Shown here: piece by piece, positions 36,507 through 45,538 of the stretch | Numbering within the stretch: position 1 is the stretch's first letter | How the letters are laid out: the number at the start of each line of letters is the position of its first letter | IMG/VR virus record: IMGVR_UViG_3300003320_000853 | Source of the DNA: a virus | Taxonomy: Duplodnaviria > Caudoviricetes | Length of the DNA: 64,000 nucleotides | Reading direction: 5' to 3' (one strand) | Translations under genes and position numbers: made by a program | The notes under the pieces: generated by a model | What the model was told of the DNA's origin: nothing | The model's database searches: none | Seen by the model: the letters and a program-made list of their open reading frames with translations, nothing else

Positions 36507-37695
36507 CACCGATCTGGTTCCCCTCGCTCCCGCGATTCAGACTCCTGCGGATCCCGTGGCGGGAGTTCTCATCTGCGCTCGCCACGAGATCCAGAGGAAC
36601 CCCGCGCTCCGCCAGCTCTTCCAGCGGGCGGAGCGCGAGGGGTGGGACGCGGAGTATGCGGCGCGTGTCATCGCCAACGGTCTCGAAGACAAGATCCATG
36701 TAGACTTCTCGGATCTTCGCGAGGCCGCCCGTTACCTCTTCGACGAATACCGGCAGCTCGGCCCAGGAATGCTCGTTCTCCTGCCCACGGGGCGAGCGCT
36801 CTACAAGGTGACCGAGGACGACCTCTGGCAGCCCCCGGAGGTCGTCCGGGAGGACGGACGGACGATCGTTCCCTCGCCTCGCCTCCGGCCAGAGCTCCAC
36901 GGCTTCCTCGTCCAGTGGATCTTCGAGGAGGCCCGAGACGCGCAAGTCCTCGCCGAGACGCAGGCCTCCCTCCCCACGACGAACTTCCTCGCCGAGACCG
37001 GAGACCCAAGGCTTCAGCTCGTCACGCGAGCCGGTCGGAAGACCATCGTCGAGGAGATCCGGGATCGACTGCCGAGTCTCCTCACTGGAGGCTGGATCGG
37101 CACCGAGGGCTTGTTCCTGGGCCACTTCCACGTGCGCCGCGACGATCCCGCCGAAGATCCCGTCGTCACCTCGAACACGGATCTTCGTCCCCTCATCCAG
37201 AGCGTGGCGATGGCGAGGATCCGCGTCGGACTTCAGGACGTGAAGTCGTTCAACCTCCAGTTCGACCACAAGCGCATGATCCTGCATCAGATCGTGTCGC
37301 AGTGGATCGCCGAGATCGCCCGATCGCTCACCCTGGCCGCCCATCAACGTGGGGGCCGGCACATCCTCTTCCGAGACTTCACGCCGACAGACATCCACTA
37401 TGGGGCCTGCATTGTCAGTCCCGAGGAGTATCGTGCGATCCGGGATACTTCCCTTCGGCGGAATATGCACCTGTTCCTCCCCGTCCCCGGAGCGCGAAGC
37501 ACATCCCTCTCGGGATTGGTGGGGATCCTCGCCATGTGCCCGGACGGGTACGAACTTCGGGCACGAGAAGTCCACGATCGGTGGGAGATCCTCGCGAAGT
37601 GCGAATATACCCTCTGGCTCAACTGGAACTACATCGACCCGTTCGTTCTGGAGGAGCTTCCCATCGTCCCCCCACACACGGAGGTCGTGCGATGA
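36499..37695 (+). CDS. Hypothetical protein (~398 aa)
   Basis: Long ORF overlapping the AAA stop; no motif recognised. Confidence 0.75.
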   Translation: MADTDLVPLAPAIQTPADPVAGVLICARHEIQRNPALRQLFQRAEREGWDAEYAARVIANGLEDKIHVDFSDLREAARYLFDEYRQLGPGMLVLLPTGRALYKVTEDDLWQPPEVVREDGRTIVPSPRLRPELHGFLVQWIFEEARDAQVLAETQASLPTTNFLAETGDPRLQLVTRAGRKTIVEEIRDRLPSLLTGGWIGTEGLFLGHFHVRRDDPAEDPVVTSNTDLRPLIQSVAMARIRVGLQDVKSFNLQFDHKRMILHQIVSQWIAEIARSLTLAAHQRGGRHILFRDFTPTDIHYGACIVSPEEYRAIRDTSLRRNMHLFLPVPGARSTSLSGLVGILAMCPDGYELRAREVHDRWEILAKCEYTLWLNWNYIDPFVLEELPIVPPHTEVVR

Positions 37696-37937
37696 GAAAA
37701 GGCCAGTTCTACGTCTTCAACGTGTTCGCCGTGGAAGAGGTCGATCTTCCTGAGCACTTCCTCGTCATCGAGCCGGGGCTGAATACCTTCTCGGCTGTCG
37801 TGGAAGACCTCGACGCCTTCACCCGCATGCTCACCGAGGCCAAGGTCACCGTGCGGAAGGTACATACAATCGGGGAAATCGACCCCGCGGCCGACGGTCT
37901 CTCGACCTTCCAACTCCCGGGAACGGAGGGCACGTGA
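37692..37937 (+). CDS. Hypothetical protein (81 aa)
   Basis: ATGA overlap, GGAGG RBS; MRKGQFYVFNV. Confidence 0.65.
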   Translation: MRKGQFYVFNVFAVEEVDLPEHFLVIEPGLNTFSAVVEDLDAFTRMLTEAKVTVRKVHTIGEIDPAADGLSTFQLPGTEGT

Positions 37938-38260
37938 TCGGCAAGCCTTCGATCGACAACTTGGTCGGCAAGTTCCTCTTCCCCATCATCAAGACCAAAC
38001 CTGTCCCTGACCCTTACAAGGGCGAGCGTTGCGTGTACGAGCCTGGCATCTGCATGCGCCAGGGCTGCGGCGAGCCTCGTTGGAACGAGCCGCCGATGGA
38101 TTCGGTGCTCTGTCGGGATCATACGCAGGAAGTTCTTCGTGGAGAGGCCAAGGCACCCCCGCTCCGTCCCGTTCTTGACTACGTGAGCACCGCCCGCAGG
38201 TCTTGGCTCGTCGAGCAATTCCCGGATCTTCCGGTGAAGGACGACCCCGAAGCTTCGTGA
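37934..38260 (+). CDS. Hypothetical protein with a C...C...C..H cluster
   Basis: 108 aa; GTGA overlap, GGAGG RBS. Confidence 0.6.
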   Translation: MIGKPSIDNLVGKFLFPIIKTKPVPDPYKGERCVYEPGICMRQGCGEPRWNEPPMDSVLCRDHTQEVLRGEAKAPPLRPVLDYVSTARRSWLVEQFPDLPVKDDPEAS

Positions 38261-38280
38261 TCCCGGTGTAGCCGCGGGGG

Positions 38281-38745
38281 ATGATCTACATCTCCTCGTC
38301 CTGGAAGAACCGCGCCCGCGTCCGAGACTTCGCCGAGAAGCTTCGAGCGCTCGGGATCGACGTCTACGACTTCACGGATCCCTCGTGCCGAGATACGCCG
38401 GAGATCCCGCCCGAGACCTTCCCGGAGGAGTTCGACCCCGAGAAGCACGACTACGAGACCTACCTCCGGGCCGCCCCCGAGTGGAAGAGCGCGGTCTTCT
38501 GCAACCGGCGAGCGTTGGAGCGATGCTCCGGCGTCGTCCTGCTCCTCCCGTGCGGTCTTGACGCTCATTCGGACTGGGCTTTCGCACATGGGCGAGGGAA
38601 GCCTTCCTGCATCGTCGGCGCGCCGAAAGCGGGGGATCGGATCCCGACCCATCTCTGGGCCGATGCGTTCGCGAAGACTGATGCGGAGGGCATTGCCTGG
38701 TGCAAGCGCCTCTATACTCGTCTACGCGACGCCCGCCTGGTGTAG
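38281..38745 (+). CDS. Nucleoside 2-deoxyribosyltransferase-like (NDT-fold) protein
   Basis: MIYISSSWKN...LRALGIDVYDF...CSGVVLLLPCG..AHSDW..A.G.GKP; GGTGTA 10 nt upstream. Confidence 0.7.
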   Translation: MIYISSSWKNRARVRDFAEKLRALGIDVYDFTDPSCRDTPEIPPETFPEEFDPEKHDYETYLRAAPEWKSAVFCNRRALERCSGVVLLLPCGLDAHSDWAFAHGRGKPSCIVGAPKAGDRIPTHLWADAFAKTDAEGIAWCKRLYTRLRDARLV

Positions 38746-38755
38746 GGCGCCGGGC

Positions 38756-39241
38756 ATGAGCCGGATCTGCAATCGGCCGGGATGTGGGAAGACCCTCCCT
38801 GCCGATCGCAAGAATCCCCGTTGTCGAGACTGCCAACGGGAGGCAATGGCGAAAGTTCGCGCCAAGGATCCGGAGACTTTCGATCGCCTCAAGTACGAGC
38901 GGCGTCAGAACTGGTACCAATTGAACCCCGAGCGAGGTCGGGCGATTGCCAAGAAGACGCGGGACAAGCTGCGCCAAGAATTTCTGAACGCCTACGGAAA
39001 TCGGTGTACATGCTGCGGGGAAGCGGAGCCCGCTTTCTTGACCGTTGAGCATCTTGCAAGGGATGGCCATCAGCACCGATCAAGGGTGGGAGGGGATTCA
39101 ACCTCTGTCCTCCGAGATTTGAAGCGTCGCGATTGGCCGCCAAATTACACGATACTTTGCTTCAACTGTAACCACGCGAAGTGGATCTTGGGGGCATGCC
39201 CCCACCAGAGGGTACATGCGAAGATTTCTACTGGACATTGA
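38756..39241 (+). CDS. HNH-type endonuclease
   Basis: AYGNRCTCCGE...LTVEH...LCFNCNHAK..GACPH; lower GC; GGTGTA 11 nt upstream. Confidence 0.8.
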   Translation: MSRICNRPGCGKTLPADRKNPRCRDCQREAMAKVRAKDPETFDRLKYERRQNWYQLNPERGRAIAKKTRDKLRQEFLNAYGNRCTCCGEAEPAFLTVEHLARDGHQHRSRVGGDSTSVLRDLKRRDWPPNYTILCFNCNHAKWILGACPHQRVHAKISTGH

Positions 39242-39947
39242 TGGGGTCGTAGCTGACTTCCTCGCCTCGGCGTTCGACATCCTCCACAAGATCACCGGGC
39301 GTCGCTACGTCGCGACCGATCTCCACGACTGGGACATCTTCGAGACGGTGCCCCGAGAGCACGAGGACGCCTTCTACGACGCGTGGGGGGAGCCTGGCAC
39401 ATGCTTCTCCATCCCTGTGATCCCTGGCTCCCACGAGGGCGTCCAGGGACTCCAGGAGCGCGGAGACCTCTACGTCGTCACGTCGCCCATGGCGAGCGTC
39501 AAGACCTGGACCAACGAGCGGGATAGATGGCTCCAGAAGCACTTCGGCATCCCCCACAAGCGCGTCGTTCACACGGCGTCGAAGTTCCTCGTCTCCGGCG
39601 ACGTACTCATCGAGGACAAGCCATCGAACCTCATCAAGTGGTTGGAGCACCACCCCGAGGGCATCGGCATCCTGTGGTCGCAACCGTACAACGAGCGGGT
39701 CAACCTCGGCTCCAGGGTTCATCGTGTCCGGAGCTGGGAGGACGTCTTCGCTGTCCTCGACGCTGCGCCGAAGGAAGATCCCTTCGCGGACTACTTCGAG
39801 ACGGAGCAGAAAGTCGCGGGGGCCGACATCGTCGAGCTCTCCGCCGAAGAGGCCCGGCGGCAAGGGATCCCTGGCCCCGACGTGCTCAAGCATCCGGAGG
39901 GTCATGAGGGTCCTTGCCTCTGCCACGAGTGCATCACCGGAGACTGA
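39216..39947 (+). CDS. 5'(3')-deoxyribonucleotidase (HAD, NT5C-like)
   Basis: LLDIDGVVADF, VVTSP, WLQKHF, K...GDVLIEDKP, QPYN. Confidence 0.88.
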   Translation: MRRFLLDIDGVVADFLASAFDILHKITGRRYVATDLHDWDIFETVPREHEDAFYDAWGEPGTCFSIPVIPGSHEGVQGLQERGDLYVVTSPMASVKTWTNERDRWLQKHFGIPHKRVVHTASKFLVSGDVLIEDKPSNLIKWLEHHPEGIGILWSQPYNERVNLGSRVHRVRSWEDVFAVLDAAPKEDPFADYFETEQKVAGADIVELSAEEARRQGIPGPDVLKHPEGHEGPCLCHECITGD

Positions 39948-39949
39948 CC

Positions 39950-40261
39950 ATGAGCAACGAATGTGAATCTCCGTCGAGCCCCTTCTTCTTCATTCCCGAG
40001 CCATTCAGAGCTGTGTTCAAGCTGATCCAGCCTGGGGATCTGTACGTTCTCACCGAGACCCGGTGGGGGGAATGCGTCGGAATGCGCCACATCAAGGGCG
40101 ATGACTCCGCTCGGGATCTTTTCAACGCGCAGAACAGCCACAATGCCGCCCAACATCTTCGGGGGCGTACGATCTCGGGGCGTGCGCTCCGAAGTTTGAT
40201 CATCGAGCTGGCTCGCGCCGATGGTCGTTACATTCCCCACGCACCTCTGGATGCGGAATGA
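39950..40261 (+). CDS. Hypothetical protein
   Basis: 103 aa filling the operon; GGAG RBS. Confidence 0.55.
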   Translation: MSNECESPSSPFFFIPEPFRAVFKLIQPGDLYVLTETRWGECVGMRHIKGDDSARDLFNAQNSHNAAQHLRGRTISGRALRSLIIELARADGRYIPHAPLDAE

Positions 40262-40599
40262 ACCCCTGGTCGTGGATCTACGGGGTCATCGGCGCGGGCC
40301 TCGGAGTTTTCGGGGACTTCATCATCCTCTCATCCTACAAGGACAAGGCCCACGCCACAGTCAAGCTGACGCTCGGGGTTGTCGCCTGGATGTTTTGTGC
40401 GCCGGCATGGTACTTCCTCATCCGAGAGACGCACGGGAAGTACGCGCCGGGGGCCGTCGCCTGGACAACGTCGGGTGCTCTCATGGGCATTGCCCTGGCC
40501 CTCGCTCTTCGTGAGAAGTTGACCTTCTGGCAGTGGGTCGGGTTCGTCATCACTGGTCTCGGGGCCGTGATCCACGCCATAGCAACCCCGAAGGACTGA
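40258..40599 (+). CDS. Small 4-TM membrane protein, SMR/DMT-like
   Basis: 113 aa; four hydrophobic helices; REKLTFWQWVG resembles the SMR/EamA motif. Confidence 0.6.
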   Translation: MNPWSWIYGVIGAGLGVFGDFIILSSYKDKAHATVKLTLGVVAWMFCAPAWYFLIRETHGKYAPGAVAWTTSGALMGIALALALREKLTFWQWVGFVITGLGAVIHAIATPKD

Positions 40600-40603
40600 T
40601 GTC

Positions 40604-40903
40604 ATGAAAATTGGGTTCGTCGTCCGCGAGTACATCGGCCGCCCGGTCTACAAGGATCTCGACGCTGAGGGCAATCCTATCCCCCTCATCCGGAGGGAGG
40701 ATCTCCAGGAAGGGGACATCGTGTACGCCTGGGGTGGGCAAATGCAGTTTCGGATCGCTCGCGGAGAACATGGCCATCTTCAAGGTGGGGATGGGAGCCG
40801 CACGATCTTCCTCAACTTCGCTGAGGATGACCGGAAGTGTTGGATCGCCGTGGGCGTCGCCAACCTGAAAGCCCTCAAGAAGCTGGACATCTACAAGGAA
40901 TAG
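40604..40903 (+). CDS. Hypothetical protein
   Basis: 99 aa; AAGGA RBS. Confidence 0.65.
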   Translation: MKIGFVVREYIGRPVYKDLDAEGNPIPLIRREDLQEGDIVYAWGGQMQFRIARGEHGHLQGGDGSRTIFLNFAEDDRKCWIAVGVANLKALKKLDIYKE

Positions 40904-40909
40904 GATTGC

Positions 40910-42169
40910 ATGTACGCATACAACGAACTCGTCAGCCATGTGTTGGAGCACGGCGTCCGGAAGGAGAATCGGACGGGCATCGACACCCTGTCGACCTTCA
41001 ACTACAACTACGAGCTGGCCTGGGATCCCGCGGTCTACCCTCATCGTCCCGCGAGTGGGGAGCGCTGCCATCTCATCGATCGCCTTTACGGCGTGGAACC
41101 CCCCGATGTTGCCGCGCAGAAGACCGGCATCCCTTTCCCGCTCCTGACCACCAAAGCGGTGAGCTGGAAAAATATCGTTACGGAAATGTTGTGGTTTCTC
41201 TCGGGGCAGACGAACCTCGACATCCTCCGACGCCACGGGTGCAAGTTCTGGGACGACTGGGCCGACGAGAGGGGCGAGGTGCCGAGCGCCTACGGCAACT
41301 TCTGGCGACACTTCCCGGTTCACACGCCCAAGCCGCTGTGTTCCGGTTGCGGCCAAGTCGTGTACGGCCCCCATGGGTGTCCGGGGCCCGATTCGAGCCG
41401 GCCTCCGGCCAATCCTCCACCGGAGCCCGCCTTCAACGACCAGATCGCGTGGGTGCTCGCCGAGCTGCGGCGAAACCCCATGAGCCGGCGCATGGTCGTT
41501 TCGGCGTGGGCCCCGGGGAACGCGCAGACGAGCAAGCTCCCGCCCTGCCACGCGATGTTCGTGCTCAACGTACAGAACATCTCGCCCACTGCGCAGGAGG
41601 TTCACTATGGCCACAATTTCGGTTCGACGCCCGTTTGTGGCAATCGCGATAGTCGCGTCATCCTTCCCCATGGGACGGGCATGCAGCCTGGGATGGTTTG
41701 GTGTCCCGACTGTCAGAGCACCATGCAACAGGTGGGCGGGATTCCATTGAAGAATCCCGCCTCTGATCCGGATCCTCGACGACTCTGCCTTCACCTGACG
41801 CAGCGATCGTGCGACGTCGCCCTGGGGGTGCCCTACAACATCGCGTCCTACGCTCTGCTCCTCTGCCTCTTCTCACACCTGAGCGGAATCAAGCCGGGCA
41901 TCTTCGCCCACACGCTGATCGATGCCCACATCTACACGGCGAAGCCGGACGGCTCGAAGGCTGAGTTCGACCACGTGCCGGGTCTCAGGGAACAGATCGG
42001 GCGCTCGCCGCGTCCTCTCCCCCGCCTCATCATCGATCCGAGCATCCGCGAGCTGTCCGACATCGAGGCCCTCATGGCTCCCGGGGTCACCACGGACGAG
42101 ATCCTCCAGAAGTTCCGCCTGGAGGGGTACGATCCGCACCCGGCGATCCCCTTCCGCGTTGCGGTCTAG
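40910..42169 (+). CDS. thyA: Thymidylate synthase ThyA with three insertions
   Basis: NRTGIDT, FPLLTTK, EMLWFL, WDDWAD, SRRMVVSAW, LPPCH, QRSCDVALGVPYNIASY, DAHIY. Confidence 0.95.
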   Translation: MYAYNELVSHVLEHGVRKENRTGIDTLSTFNYNYELAWDPAVYPHRPASGERCHLIDRLYGVEPPDVAAQKTGIPFPLLTTKAVSWKNIVTEMLWFLSGQTNLDILRRHGCKFWDDWADERGEVPSAYGNFWRHFPVHTPKPLCSGCGQVVYGPHGCPGPDSSRPPANPPPEPAFNDQIAWVLAELRRNPMSRRMVVSAWAPGNAQTSKLPPCHAMFVLNVQNISPTAQEVHYGHNFGSTPVCGNRDSRVILPHGTGMQPGMVWCPDCQSTMQQVGGIPLKNPASDPDPRRLCLHLTQRSCDVALGVPYNIASYALLLCLFSHLSGIKPGIFAHTLIDAHIYTAKPDGSKAEFDHVPGLREQIGRSPRPLPRLIIDPSIRELSDIEALMAPGVTTDEILQKFRLEGYDPHPAIPFRVAV

Positions 42170-42207
42170 GGGTTGATCGGCGATCCCCCGGCGGTGTATG
42201 TTGGTAC

Positions 42208-42624
42208 ATGCACAAGCCGATCATTCTCCGCGCCCTTCGCGCGGCACAGACCCCCACTCGGTTCGAGCATCTGACCCCGGCTCTTCGGGGCGCCATCTGC
42301 GGCGCCCTCTCGGAGTTCGAGACGATCCTGAGCGTCCGGCTGGAGAAGAGCCTCCCCACGGAATCGGTGATGGATGACCTCGGCGGCGTCCTCGCCGTCA
42401 TCTTCGTGATCGAGACCCTGGGGGAGCCCGGAGACAACCGGCCGATGATCGACAGCATCCAGCGCCAGGTGGACCGGGCCAAGGCGAGCCTGACGACGGC
42501 GCTCAAGCCGCCGGCCGAGAAGCGGGCCAAGCCCCTGGCCCGTCAGGAGCAGCCCAACATCGGCGGAGCTGGGTCTTCGGCCGTCAGTACCCCGTCCAAC
42601 ATTGGCGGCGCCGCCGGCCATTAG
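42208..42624 (+). CDS. Hypothetical protein
   Basis: 138 aa; GGTGTA 9 nt upstream. Confidence 0.65.
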   Translation: MHKPIILRALRAAQTPTRFEHLTPALRGAICGALSEFETILSVRLEKSLPTESVMDDLGGVLAVIFVIETLGEPGDNRPMIDSIQRQVDRAKASLTTALKPPAEKRAKPLARQEQPNIGGAGSSAVSTPSNIGGAAGH

Positions 42625-42646
42625 TTTCTGGTGTAAGGTCTCCTTC

Positions 42647-43105
42647 ATGGAGACCACCAACCGTCGTTGGAGGAAGGTAACCCCTGACGACAACATGTTC
42701 GACGTCTTGACGTGCGACACATGCGGTGCGCGGGCCTTTTTCCTCCAGGAGCAGGGCTCGGGAAACACGCGGCGTGTGATCGAGCGCCGGTGCACTTACC
42801 ACACGAATCTGGAGGCCATGTGCGACATGGCACAGGATGCTTTCGAGCGCCTCACCCCAGAGGAGCAGCGGCAGCATCGGCGGGAGCAGACGATCAGCTT
42901 CGTCGTGGGGAACCTTCACCTGGACGGCATCCCGGTCACCGCGGAGCAGGTTGCTCGGGCCATCGACCTCAAGGAGTTCCAGCGCTGCATCCGCGAGACG
43001 CGGGCTGCCTTCGCCAAGCTGTCCCCCACCGATCAGATGCTCTACAAGGCCCATCAGGCGGACTGGTACGACGACGGCGGGCTGAACCTCCCGGATCTGG
43101 CATGA
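42647..43105 (+). CDS. Hypothetical protein (CxxC...CxxH)
   Basis: GGTGTA 11 nt upstream supports start METTNRR. Confidence 0.65.
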   Translation: METTNRRWRKVTPDDNMFDVLTCDTCGARAFFLQEQGSGNTRRVIERRCTYHTNLEAMCDMAQDAFERLTPEEQRQHRREQTISFVVGNLHLDGIPVTAEQVARAIDLKEFQRCIRETRAAFAKLSPTDQMLYKAHQADWYDDGGLNLPDLA

Positions 43106-43380
43106 GCGACTGGAAAGAGCGTGCCAGGGATCGGAAGGAGGCGCGGCAGTCGAAGGGGCCCGACGAATCCCCGCCCATCCCGGCGAAGAAGGACAAGAAG
43201 CGCTGGTGCGGCGGGCACGTGGGCCGGGAGCACGAGAAGGTCTGCATGCCCTACGACAACACCCAGGGCATCTTCAAGAACTGGCGTGTCCTCGCCTGCA
43301 AGAACTGCGGCAAGCGCTTCGAGTTCTACTACCCCTTCGGGCACTGGAAGAAGTCGAAGCCGACGTGGGTGACCTCATGA
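43102..43380 (+). CDS. Small basic Zn-finger protein
   Basis: ATGA overlap; KKDKKRWCGGHVGREH...CKNCGK. Confidence 0.7.
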   Translation: MSDWKERARDRKEARQSKGPDESPPIPAKKDKKRWCGGHVGREHEKVCMPYDNTQGIFKNWRVLACKNCGKRFEFYYPFGHWKKSKPTWVTS

Positions 43381-43886
43381 ACGTAGGCATCATCGCGGCC
43401 ATGACCCCGGACGGCATCATCGGGGTCGACGGCACCCTCCCCTGGCACTACAAGGCCGACCTCCAGCGATTCAAGCGCCAGACGATGGGTAGCTCCATCG
43501 TCTTCGGGGCGCGCACCTACGAGACCCTTCCTGGCCGACTCACGGGCCGGGTCGTCGTCGCGGTGAGTCGAGAGAGGCACCGGACGTGGGATCACAATAA
43601 TTGGCCCGACGGGGTCTATGGGAGTCTCGGCGCTGCGATCCACTTCGGAAAAGTGAGGACGGGCACTGTGTGGATCGGCGGTGGAGGGGAAATCTACCGC
43701 CTCGCGCTCGAACAGGGACTCGTGGAATTCATCGATCTCACGATCGTCCCCCCCGTTGAGGTTTCTCCGACCTTCAAGGTCACGAGGTTCCCTGTGGATC
43801 TTCTTGTTGGGTGGTCTCTGATCGAAGAGGCCCCGAACCCTGATGATCCTCGACTCCTCCAACGACGATACGAGCGTCTCGCATAG
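43377..43886 (+). CDS. folA: Dihydrofolate reductase
   Basis: IIAAMTPDGIIGVDGTLPWHYKADLQRFK..T, FGARTYETL, WIGGGGEIY. Confidence 0.9.
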   Translation: MNVGIIAAMTPDGIIGVDGTLPWHYKADLQRFKRQTMGSSIVFGARTYETLPGRLTGRVVVAVSRERHRTWDHNNWPDGVYGSLGAAIHFGKVRTGTVWIGGGGEIYRLALEQGLVEFIDLTIVPPVEVSPTFKVTRFPVDLLVGWSLIEEAPNPDDPRLLQRRYERLA

Positions 43887-45105
43887 GGTCTTCCGTCGCT
43901 TTCTTGCGGACATGATCGCGGACGTGCCCGTCCAGCTCGACAAATTCCGAAAGGAAATCGTCGAGCCCGCTCTCGCCAGAGAGAAACACGTCGAGGATGT
44001 GATGGTTCTGCTCCGAGCTTTCCTCAAGGCGCGTGAGGAAAGCAACGATGCCGAGAGCCAGCGTCTCTCCCAGGATCTCCGGCAAGAAGATCGGTTCATC
44101 ACCGAGGTGAAGCTTCATTTCAGCTCGGACTACTGGTATCGCAAGGGCAAGGTGATCGCCGCCCCGCTCTTCTGGGCGATCATTCAGCAATACGCGATGC
44201 CCCCGCGGGTGCGGACGGTTATCGAGGGCGCCTCTCGATTCTGGTCGAAGACCCGGATCATGGTGCGTCTCAAGGCCAAGCCTTACAGTGATGCCGGCCA
44301 CCTGGAGTATTGTGAGGCATACCTCAAGCTCTGCGGTGAACTGCGGAAGCAACTTGACGCGGGCCAGATGTCCGTCGACAAGGGACAGCTCCATTCATCT
44401 CCGGATGCGACGACGAAGCTCAAGGCTGGGAGTTTCACCCTCATCAACACGGGCGGCTTCGATGACGACTTGATGAAGGGCGTCGTCGAGACCGTGGAGA
44501 AGGCTGAGCACGCGATGCGAGGCATCGGTCTCGGCAAGGTATGCTACGGGGACATCATGGTCACGAAGACCATCAAGTCGAAGACCACCGTGGCGGCCTT
44601 CTATGTCCTCGTCAACGATGAGATGTTCGTTCGAGCGAACGTCAAGCCCCACTGGGACACGGTACAGGTGGTCTGCCATGAGCTCGCGCATCGCTACCAG
44701 AACAAATTCCTCAAGGGTAAGCAGCGCGAGATCGACGATATTTACCGGCAGATCAGCAGAGCGAGCCGGATCACCGAAGACTTCCCCATCGAGATGTATC
44801 CGATGGCTGGTGACACGATCGTCGATCCGAAGTATGGTGAGCTCCAGGTCGTCAAACCTGACTATTCCAAGCAGAGCGTCAAGCTGATCTCGGATCAGAT
44901 GCCGGGTGTCTCCCTGTCGCTCCCTCTGGCCGCTTGGCTCAAGGCCAAGCACATTCAATGGCCCCCTCACGACGACACCAAGCTTCAATGGGTGACGGGC
45001 TATGCCAAGAAGGATCCCGACGAGAACTTCGCAGAGATGGTGTCCTTTCATGCGCTCGGAAAGCTCCCGCCTCCGCTGATCTCTTTGCTCGAACCCCTGC
45101 TATGA
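43843..45105 (+). CDS. Zincin metallopeptidase-domain protein with N-terminal RVFRRF tag
   Basis: HELAH at 44677-44691 and distal YAKKDPDENFAE (lethal-factor/MPTase-like arrangement); start could alternatively be ATG 43912. Confidence 0.75.
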   Translation: MILDSSNDDTSVSHRVFRRFLADMIADVPVQLDKFRKEIVEPALAREKHVEDVMVLLRAFLKAREESNDAESQRLSQDLRQEDRFITEVKLHFSSDYWYRKGKVIAAPLFWAIIQQYAMPPRVRTVIEGASRFWSKTRIMVRLKAKPYSDAGHLEYCEAYLKLCGELRKQLDAGQMSVDKGQLHSSPDATTKLKAGSFTLINTGGFDDDLMKGVVETVEKAEHAMRGIGLGKVCYGDIMVTKTIKSKTTVAAFYVLVNDEMFVRANVKPHWDTVQVVCHELAHRYQNKFLKGKQREIDDIYRQISRASRITEDFPIEMYPMAGDTIVDPKYGELQVVKPDYSKQSVKLISDQMPGVSLSLPLAAWLKAKHIQWPPHDDTKLQWVTGYAKKDPDENFAEMVSFHALGKLPPPLISLLEPLL

Positions 45106-45512
45106 TGCCCACATCCGACGCGAACGATGCCCTCCCGCTCAACACCTACTTCGCCGTCCAGCTCTTTCCTGGGGAGTTGGACAGTACGGCGATTGAGCCA
45201 GTCTTTCGGGTCTCAGCCGAGCACCGGAAATTCTTCCGGCGGCTCGAAATCCTCGACACCTTCTCCATGGGGTCGAACACTTTCCTTCGTTGCCGCGTAG
45301 ACCAGCCGGAGATGGCCGCCGTCCTCAACGAGGTCTTGCAGACCGGGCGCGGCGTTCTCTTTCGCTTGGGGGTGTCCTACATCGCCATGCTCCCTGGGGG
45401 CCGCACGGGCACAGTGGACCCTATGAAGATGCACTCCGCTTTCCAGGGGGGCCATCGCCGTCTCTACAAGGGGACGAAGATCAAGGGGTGGGAGCGGCAA
45501 TTCGCCGCGTAG
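45102..45512 (+). CDS. Hypothetical protein
   Basis: ATGA overlap; MMPTSDAND, 136 aa. Confidence 0.6.
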   Translation: MMPTSDANDALPLNTYFAVQLFPGELDSTAIEPVFRVSAEHRKFFRRLEILDTFSMGSNTFLRCRVDQPEMAAVLNEVLQTGRGVLFRLGVSYIAMLPGGRTGTVDPMKMHSAFQGGHRRLYKGTKIKGWERQFAA

Positions 45513-45538
45513 GGATCCTTCTATGGCTTCGTGAAGAC

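Noticed and set aside
18081-36509. Long minus-strand ORFs (18081..20111, 23610..25568, 32125..33642, 34854..36509) and many overlapping Arg/Pro-rich plus-strand ORFs
   Set aside because: Shadow frames of GC-rich genes with clear motifs on the plus strand; they have no recognisable motifs or start signals
36499-37695. Diverged major-capsid paralog
   Set aside because: Only a vague TRAGR resemblance; cannot be supported without HHpred or structure prediction
6437-39010. GGTGTA copies inside coding regions (about 6436, 16484, 28862, 30386, 34302, 39003)
   Set aside because: Not at 9-11 nt from a start and explained by G/E/Q/A-V-Y or similar codons; not counted
40910-42169. Inteins or introns in thyA (also considered for polA, dnaB and SNF2)
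   Set aside because: Inserts are only ~35-65 aa, in frame, with no C/S...HN-C/S/T splice signature; the other enzymes show no intein-like block
42555-42620. Short direct repeat encoding NIGGA twice
   Set aside because: Two imperfect copies in a low-complexity C-terminal tail; no evidence of function
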